Source: Planctomycetota bacterium
Lineage (GTDB): Bacteria > Planctomycetota > Phycisphaerae > Phycisphaerales > Phycisphaeraceae
Length of the DNA: 40,000 bases
NCBI GenBank assembly: GCA_039180415.1
Contig: JBCDDH010000009.1
Coordinates: 1 to 40,000, forward strand
Direction of reading: 5' to 3'
In this document: positions 35,440 to 40,000 of the stretch, one piece after another
Numbering within the stretch: position 1 is the first letter of the stretch
Layout: the number at the start of each line of letters is the position of its first letter
Notes under the pieces: model-generated
Told to the model about the DNA's origin: nothing
The model's database searches: none
Seen by the model: the letters and a program-made list of their open reading frames with translations, nothing else
Position numbers and translations under genes: made by a program

Positions 35440-37035
35440 ATGAAACCTTGTTTGCCCGAGTTTGCGAGCTTCGAACGCTTTCTGGCTCAAACGCCGCTCC
35501 CGGTTAACGGCGGACGCGTCCCGATGATGCGGCGGTTGCTCGGCGACGCCTTGACGCCGGTGTTGGCGTACCGTCGGTTGGTGCGTGGCGACGACCGGCT
35601 CGCGCCGAGTTTCCTGTTGGAAAGCGTGGTCGGGGGGGAGCGGGTGGGGCGGTTCAGTTATCTCGGGTCGCGGCCGGTGATGGAGGTGCTGGCGTGGGGA
35701 CACGACGTGGAGGTGCGGGACCACATCGCGGATACGACGAGCAGGTTCACGGCGGAAGACCCGCTGGGCGAGATGCGGAAGATCACGGGCCAGGCGAACC
35801 TCGCGGTACCGGACCCGCTGAAGGTCGCGGGTTTGCCGCCGTTCTGTGGGGGGTGGGTCGGCGTCGCGGGGTACGACACGGTGCGTTACCTCGAAGGCGA
35901 GGCGTTGCCGAGCCCTCCGGACGACGACCGCGGGCTGCCGGATATGCATTTCCAGCTTTACCGCGACCTCGTGGCGTTCGATCACGTGAGTAAGACGGTG
36001 CTGCTGGTGACGACCGCGTCGGTGGAAGAGGGCGGTGACGCGCGAGCCGCCTATGACGTCGGGGTGGGCCAGCTCGACGCGCTGGAAGCCCGGCTGCTCG
36101 AAGGTGAGGCCGAACGCATCCACACGCCCGAGCCGCACGTCGATCTCGCGGCCGCGCCGCCGAAGCTGCCCACCAGCAACTTCGGCGACGGCGGGTACCA
36201 GGACGCGGTGCGCAAGTGCAAGGAGTACATCGCCGCGGGCGACGCGTTCCAGATCGTGCCCGCCCAACGTTTTTCGATGGACACGCCGGCCGACCCGTTC
36301 GACGTGTACCGGGCGCTGCGGGTGGTGAACCCGTCGCCGTACATGTTCTATCTGCAGATCGACGGGGCGGTGCTGGTGGGTTCGAGCCCGGAGATCCTGG
36401 TGAAGGTCGAGGACGGGGTGGCGGCGTCGCGCCCCTTGGCGGGGACCCGCAAGCGGGGCCGGACCCCGGACGAAGACGCGGCCTTCGAAGCCGAGTTACG
36501 CGCGGACCCGAAGGACAACGCCGAGCATTCCATGTTGGTCGACCTACACCGCAACGACATCGGGCGGGTCGCGCGGCCGGGCACGGTCGAGATCGTGGAG
36601 TCGTTCGTGGTCGAGCGGTACAGCCACGTGATGCACTTGAGCAGCGAGGTCCAAGGCCGGCTTCGGGGCGACGTGGACGCGTGGGAGGCGTTGCGGGTGT
36701 CCCTGCCGGTGGGCACGGTGAGCGGGGCGCCGAAGATCCGGGCGATGCAGATCATCGACGAGCTGGAGCCCAGCCGACGGGGCCCGTACGGAGGAGCGGT
36801 TGGCTACGCGGACTTCGCGGGGAACCTGGACGTGTGCATCGCGTTGCGGACGATGGTGGTCTTGCCCGCGGAGGACGGACGGTGGCGCGTGGACATCCAG
36901 GCCGGTGCGGGGATCGTTGCGGACTCGGACCCGGACGCGGAGCACGAGGAGACGGTGAACAAGGCCGCGGCGATGGGCAAGGCGGTCGCGTTGGCGGAAG
37001 AGCTGTTCGGTTCCGGCGGCGGCCCGGCCGCTTAA
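35440..37035 (+). CDS. trpE: Anthranilate synthase component I
   Basis: ATG 35440 is in frame in ORF 35326..37035. Motifs: GDAFQIVPAQRF, LVGSSPEILV, AGTRKRG, NAEHSMLVDLHRNDIGRV, GAPKIRAMQIIDELE, RGPYGGAVGY. Confidence 0.93.
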   Translation: MKPCLPEFASFERFLAQTPLPVNGGRVPMMRRLLGDALTPVLAYRRLVRGDDRLAPSFLLESVVGGERVGRFSYLGSRPVMEVLAWGHDVEVRDHIADTTSRFTAEDPLGEMRKITGQANLAVPDPLKVAGLPPFCGGWVGVAGYDTVRYLEGEALPSPPDDDRGLPDMHFQLYRDLVAFDHVSKTVLLVTTASVEEGGDARAAYDVGVGQLDALEARLLEGEAERIHTPEPHVDLAAAPPKLPTSNFGDGGYQDAVRKCKEYIAAGDAFQIVPAQRFSMDTPADPFDVYRALRVVNPSPYMFYLQIDGAVLVGSSPEILVKVEDGVAASRPLAGTRKRGRTPDEDAAFEAELRADPKDNAEHSMLVDLHRNDIGRVARPGTVEIVESFVVERYSHVMHLSSEVQGRLRGDVDAWEALRVSLPVGTVSGAPKIRAMQIIDELEPSRRGPYGGAVGYADFAGNLDVCIALRTMVVLPAEDGRWRVDIQAGAGIVADSDPDAEHEETVNKAAAMGKAVALAEELFGSGGGPAA

Positions 37036-37085
37036 GCGACCGGGCTGATTGGGAGGAATCTGCAGCCCGAGGGGACGGTCCGCCG

Positions 37086-37364
37086 ATGTGCATTTGGATG
37101 CCTACCGACTTCCGCACCATCCTGAAGCTCGACGTGCCGATCATCGTGCAGATCGGGCAGCGCCGCCTCGCGGTGCAGGACGTGCTGAACTGGGCCCCGG
37201 GCGCGATCATTGAATTGGACAAGAACGCCGACGACGAGCTGCACGTGTGCATCAACAACAAGCCCATCGGCACCGGCGCGGCGGTGAAGGTCGGCGAGAA
37301 TTACGGCATCCGCCTCAACGAGATCGCCCCGCCGACCGACCGGGTCCGCGCGATGGGCGGGTGA
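37086..37364 (+). CDS. fliN: FliN-like (SpoA domain) protein, isolated
   Basis: ILKLDVPIIVQIGQRRLAVQDVLNWAPGAIIELDKNADDELHVCINNKPIGTGAAVKVGENYGIRLNEIAPPTDRV aligns by eye with the FliN C-terminal domain (IPVKLTVELGRTRMTIKELLRL..GSVVALD......DILING..IA.GEVVVV...YGVRITDII). The start is ATG 37086 or 37098. Confidence 0.7.
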   Translation: MCIWMPTDFRTILKLDVPIIVQIGQRRLAVQDVLNWAPGAIIELDKNADDELHVCINNKPIGTGAAVKVGENYGIRLNEIAPPTDRVRAMGG

Positions 37365-37374
37365 TCGGTCGCCT

Positions 37375-37944
37375 TCATCCGGCGACGGCCCGGACCCGGA
37401 TCTCGTTGCCATCGACATCCACTACCCGCACGGACGAGCCCGCGTCGATCATCCCCGATTCGGCCAGGCACTCGATTCGCCGCCCCCCGATCACGCACGT
37501 GCCCACGGGCCGCATCTGCGTCTTGGCCCTGCCGGTGTCGCCGACCTTGATCGGTGTTTCGGTAGGCGTTGTGCGGGGTGTCGCGGCTCCTTCTTCGCCT
37601 CGCTCGCTCGCCAGGATGAGCCAACGGCCCACGGGGGTGTGCGGCCAGATCTTCAGCATGAACCCGCCGATGAACGGCGTCGCGATCAGCACCGCCACCG
37701 TCGTGATCCAGCCCAGCGTCGTGTCTTGCAGGAACAGACAGATCAGTCCGGCAACGGTCGTGACCGCCGCCGCCAGCGAGATCAGCCCCCCCGACGGCAC
37801 GATCATCTCCGCGATCAACATGGCCAACGCCGACGCGAGCAGGATCACGCCCCAGGTCATCAGCGTCGTATCGCCCGCGGCGGCGGGCGGCGTCGGCGTC
37901 GCGGGCGCGGCTTGGAGCAAGATCGCAAAGTGCATCGGTCGCAT
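37375..37944 (-). CDS. NfeD-family membrane protein
   Basis: TM helices (TWGVILLASALAMLIAEMIV, ISLAAAVTTVAGLICLFL, ITTVAVLIATPFIGGFML) plus a C-terminal OB-like domain GDTGRAKTQMRPVGTCVIGGRRIECLAESGMIDAGSSVRVVDVDGNEIRV. Start uncertain: in-frame ATGs at 37935, 37944 and 37974. Confidence 0.78.
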   Translation of the reverse strand: MRPMHFAILLQAAPATPTPPAAAGDTTLMTWGVILLASALAMLIAEMIVPSGGLISLAAAVTTVAGLICLFLQDTTLGWITTVAVLIATPFIGGFMLKIWPHTPVGRWLILASERGEEGAATPRTTPTETPIKVGDTGRAKTQMRPVGTCVIGGRRIECLAESGMIDAGSSVRVVDVDGNEIRVRAVAG

Positions 37945-38052
37945 CGTACGCCCGTGAAGCCCGGAGATGGCCATGGGCGTCGCCGCCGTCGCAACTCCGC
38001 GAATGGCCCGTTCGTACACTACAACCACCTTTACCTTTTCCCGGAGCCTGCC

Positions 38053-38988
38053 ATGTCCAACATCAACCTCCAGCGCGACGCCGGCTTCCCCGCGGGCGCC
38101 GCGAAAGCCGTCCCCATCGTCGTGGTCTTGCTGCTCCTGGTCTTCGGGGCGACGCGTTGTATCAAGGTGATCCCCGCCGGTCACGTCGGCGTCGCCACGC
38201 TGTTCGGCTCGGTGCAGGAAGAGCCGTACGACGCGGGCTTCCACGTCGTCAACCCGCTGCTGGGCTGGACCCTGTTCGACGCCCGACAGAAGACCCATAA
38301 GGAAACCGCCGGCGTGCCCAGCCAAGACCAGCTGACCACGCAGGTCGACGTCTCCGTGCAGTACCGCCTCAACGGGGCGATGGCCCCCGCGGTCCTCGCC
38401 GACACGGGGACCGCCGAGCAAGCCGTCGAGGTCCACCTGATCCCCAAGGTGCGTTCGCTCTTGCGGGAGCAGGGCAAGCGCATCCGCCGAGCCGAGGACT
38501 TCTTCCTCGAAGAGACGCAGCAGCAACTGCAAGAATCGTTGCAGATCGGCCTCGAAGAATTCCTTACGCCCAAGGGTCTGACCGTGGCCGACGTGCTGAT
38601 CCGCGATATCCAGCTGCCCGCCCGCCTCATCGCCCAGATCGAGCAGAAGAAGGAAGTCGAGCAGCAGGCCGAGCGCCAGAAGGCCGAGTTGCAACGTTTC
38701 GAGACCGAGCAGCAGCAGCTTGTCGTGCAGCAGAAAGCCCAGCGTGAGGCGGCGGAAGAGGAGGCCGCGCGCCGCAAGGTGATCGCCGACGCGCAGGCGT
38801 ACGAGATCGAGAAGATCAACGAGGCCATCGCGGAAAGCCCGGCGTACATCCAGCTCCAGGCGCTCGACGCCCTCAAGGCGATCAGCGAAAACCCCGCGAG
38901 CCAGATCTACTTCCTCGACGGTGACAGCCCCGCGCCGCTGCCGCTGATGAACCTCGGGCAGGGGCTGACGCCGGCATCGACGCGATGA
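38053..38988 (+). CDS. SPFH/Band-7 (prohibitin/HflC-like) protein
   Basis: ATG 38053. N-terminal TM (AVPIVVVLLLLVF), IPAGHVGVATLFG, DVSVQYRL, and a long Glu/Gln-rich coiled coil (EQKKEVEQQAERQKAELQRFETEQQQ). Confidence 0.9.
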   Translation: MSNINLQRDAGFPAGAAKAVPIVVVLLLLVFGATRCIKVIPAGHVGVATLFGSVQEEPYDAGFHVVNPLLGWTLFDARQKTHKETAGVPSQDQLTTQVDVSVQYRLNGAMAPAVLADTGTAEQAVEVHLIPKVRSLLREQGKRIRRAEDFFLEETQQQLQESLQIGLEEFLTPKGLTVADVLIRDIQLPARLIAQIEQKKEVEQQAERQKAELQRFETEQQQLVVQQKAQREAAEEEAARRKVIADAQAYEIEKINEAIAESPAYIQLQALDALKAISENPASQIYFLDGDSPAPLPLMNLGQGLTPASTR

Positions 38989-39006
38989 GGAGCTTCCGAT
39001 AGCGAG

Positions 39007-39843
39007 ATGCGATGGCAGGCCGGCAAGCGTGCCGTCGCGACGGGTCTAAGCCGGAAGATGTCCAAGTTGAACGCCGATGAGCATCCGATGAAGTTGCGCG
39101 ACGCCGACGACGGCGCGGTGCTCACGCGGTTCCCGTGTCCGACCCTGCGTCGTGGCGTGCCGTCACCGACCGTGCTTGTCCTGCCGGGGGGCGGCTACGC
39201 CTCGCTTGCGGAACACGAGGGCGAGCCCGTCGCCCGCCGTTTTAACGACGCCGGTTTCCACGCCGCGGTGTTGCGTTACCGGCTCGGTCCAGAACACCGC
39301 CATCCCGCGATGTTGCATGACGCGCAACGAGCGATGCGGCTGCTCCGTACGGCCGAGACGTTCCCCGCCGGCAAGATCGCCGTGCTCGGTTTTTCCGCTG
39401 GCGGGCACCTGGCCGGCACGCTCGCCACGCACGGCGACCAGAACGCCGATCCGGCGGACGACTTATCGCCGAGTGTTTCCGCTCGGCCCGACGCCGCGAT
39501 CCTGGCGTATCCCGTGATCGATCTGCATGGCGAGCACGCCCACGCCGGTTCACGCGAACACCTGCTCGGCCCTTCCGGCGGTCCCGACGCGTCGCCGCCG
39601 CTGGACCTGCACCGCGCCGTCACGACCGACACGCCGCCGACCTTTCTCTGGCACACCGCCGACGACGAGTCCGTGCCCGTGCAGAACAGCGTGATGTTCG
39701 CCGACGCCTGCCGCGGTCACGGCGTCCCGCACGAGTTGCACGTCTTCGAGTCCGGGTCCCACGGCCTCGGCCTGGCGCCGCACCACACCGCCGCCGGTTG
39801 GCCCGACCTGGCGATCGCGTTCCTGCGTCGACATCTGCCGTAA
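39007..39843 (+). CDS. Alpha/beta hydrolase (esterase, fold-3/BD-FAE-like)
   Basis: VLPGGGYASL (oxyanion region), IAVLGFSAGGHLAG (GxSxG nucleophile elbow), TADDESVP and GSHGLG (Asp/His). The start could be 39058. Confidence 0.8.
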   Translation: MRWQAGKRAVATGLSRKMSKLNADEHPMKLRDADDGAVLTRFPCPTLRRGVPSPTVLVLPGGGYASLAEHEGEPVARRFNDAGFHAAVLRYRLGPEHRHPAMLHDAQRAMRLLRTAETFPAGKIAVLGFSAGGHLAGTLATHGDQNADPADDLSPSVSARPDAAILAYPVIDLHGEHAHAGSREHLLGPSGGPDASPPLDLHRAVTTDTPPTFLWHTADDESVPVQNSVMFADACRGHGVPHELHVFESGSHGLGLAPHHTAAGWPDLAIAFLRRHLP

Positions 39844-39903
39844 CGCCGGAGGCCGCGTGCTCACCCGCCGGCCGGCTGCGGGATTGCCCGTACACTCCCG
39901 CCG

Positions 39904-40000
39904 ATGTGGCACGACACGCAACGCACGCCGCTGTGGCGGAACGTCAGCTTCACGCTGATGTGGGTGAGCACCGCCGCGTCGGGCTTCGGCGACCGCGTCA
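39904..40000 (+). CDS. 5' end of a probable MFS-type transporter (partial)
   Basis: MWHDTQRTPLWRNVSFTLMWVSTAASGFGDRV resembles the N-termini of MFS exporters (F..LW.g...s.lGd). Only 32 codons are visible. Confidence 0.4.
   Translation, partial: MWHDTQRTPLWRNVSFTLMWVSTAASGFGDRV

Noticed and set aside
34849-36267. 472-aa minus-strand ORF across the NTPase/trpE junction, and 382-aa ORF 36216..37364 upstream of the FliN-like part
   Set aside because: Both are Arg/Pro/Gly-rich, overlap trpE, and lack motifs. Only the final 92 codons of 36216..37364 (the FliN-like part) are credible.

Overview
Gene-dense, high-GC bacterial chromosome segment, about two-thirds G+C by eye. I recognised no rRNA, tRNA, CRISPR array, integrase or transposase.

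Taxonomy (inference only): two prepilin-type genes with an N-terminal [11 protein letters not shown] motif and a DUF1559-like body, frequent GTG/TTG starts, weak Shine-Dalgarno signals and many 4-nt stop/start overlaps suggest Planctomycetota, possibly Phycisphaerae-like.

Backbone genes: a Fur-family regulator divergent from hom; a Ser/Thr kinase; divergent glnS/gltX with a translationally coupled EVE-domain gene; two tandem PfkB kinases; a metallophosphoesterase; a GT9 glycosyltransferase; a sufB-sufC-sufD-sufS cluster interrupted twice by foreign-looking genes; an ErpA-like Fe-S carrier; trpE; a lone fliN-like gene; an NfeD/SPFH pair; an esterase; and the start of an MFS transporter.

The most unusual part is a lower-GC accessory stretch at about 23.1-29.8 kb. 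It contains:
- a nucleotidyltransferase gene whose 3' end is duplicated as a decayed relic 1.85 kb downstream;
- between the two copies, an ECF sigma factor separated by a single in-frame TAG from a membrane-anchored sensor protein;
- one PadR regulator followed by five tandem paralogous membrane proteins. These share an N-terminal helical 'prefix' domain but have different TM bodies, and relic PadR 3' ends sit between some copies.

This PadR-plus-partner battery is my best candidate for an undescribed system. The second candidate is a minus-strand cluster at 31.1-35.3 kb: a P-loop NTPase with a TM hairpin inserted between Walker A and Walker B, a SAM-methyltransferase-like protein, a pseudopilin and a polytopic membrane protein.

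Other oddities: a poly-Asp protein encoded on a (GAC)n tract, a roughly 0.8-kb low-GC islet with an orphan membrane ORF, and structured or palindromic elements in the suf/erpA divergent intergenic region.

All functional calls rest on motifs read by eye; no database search was possible.
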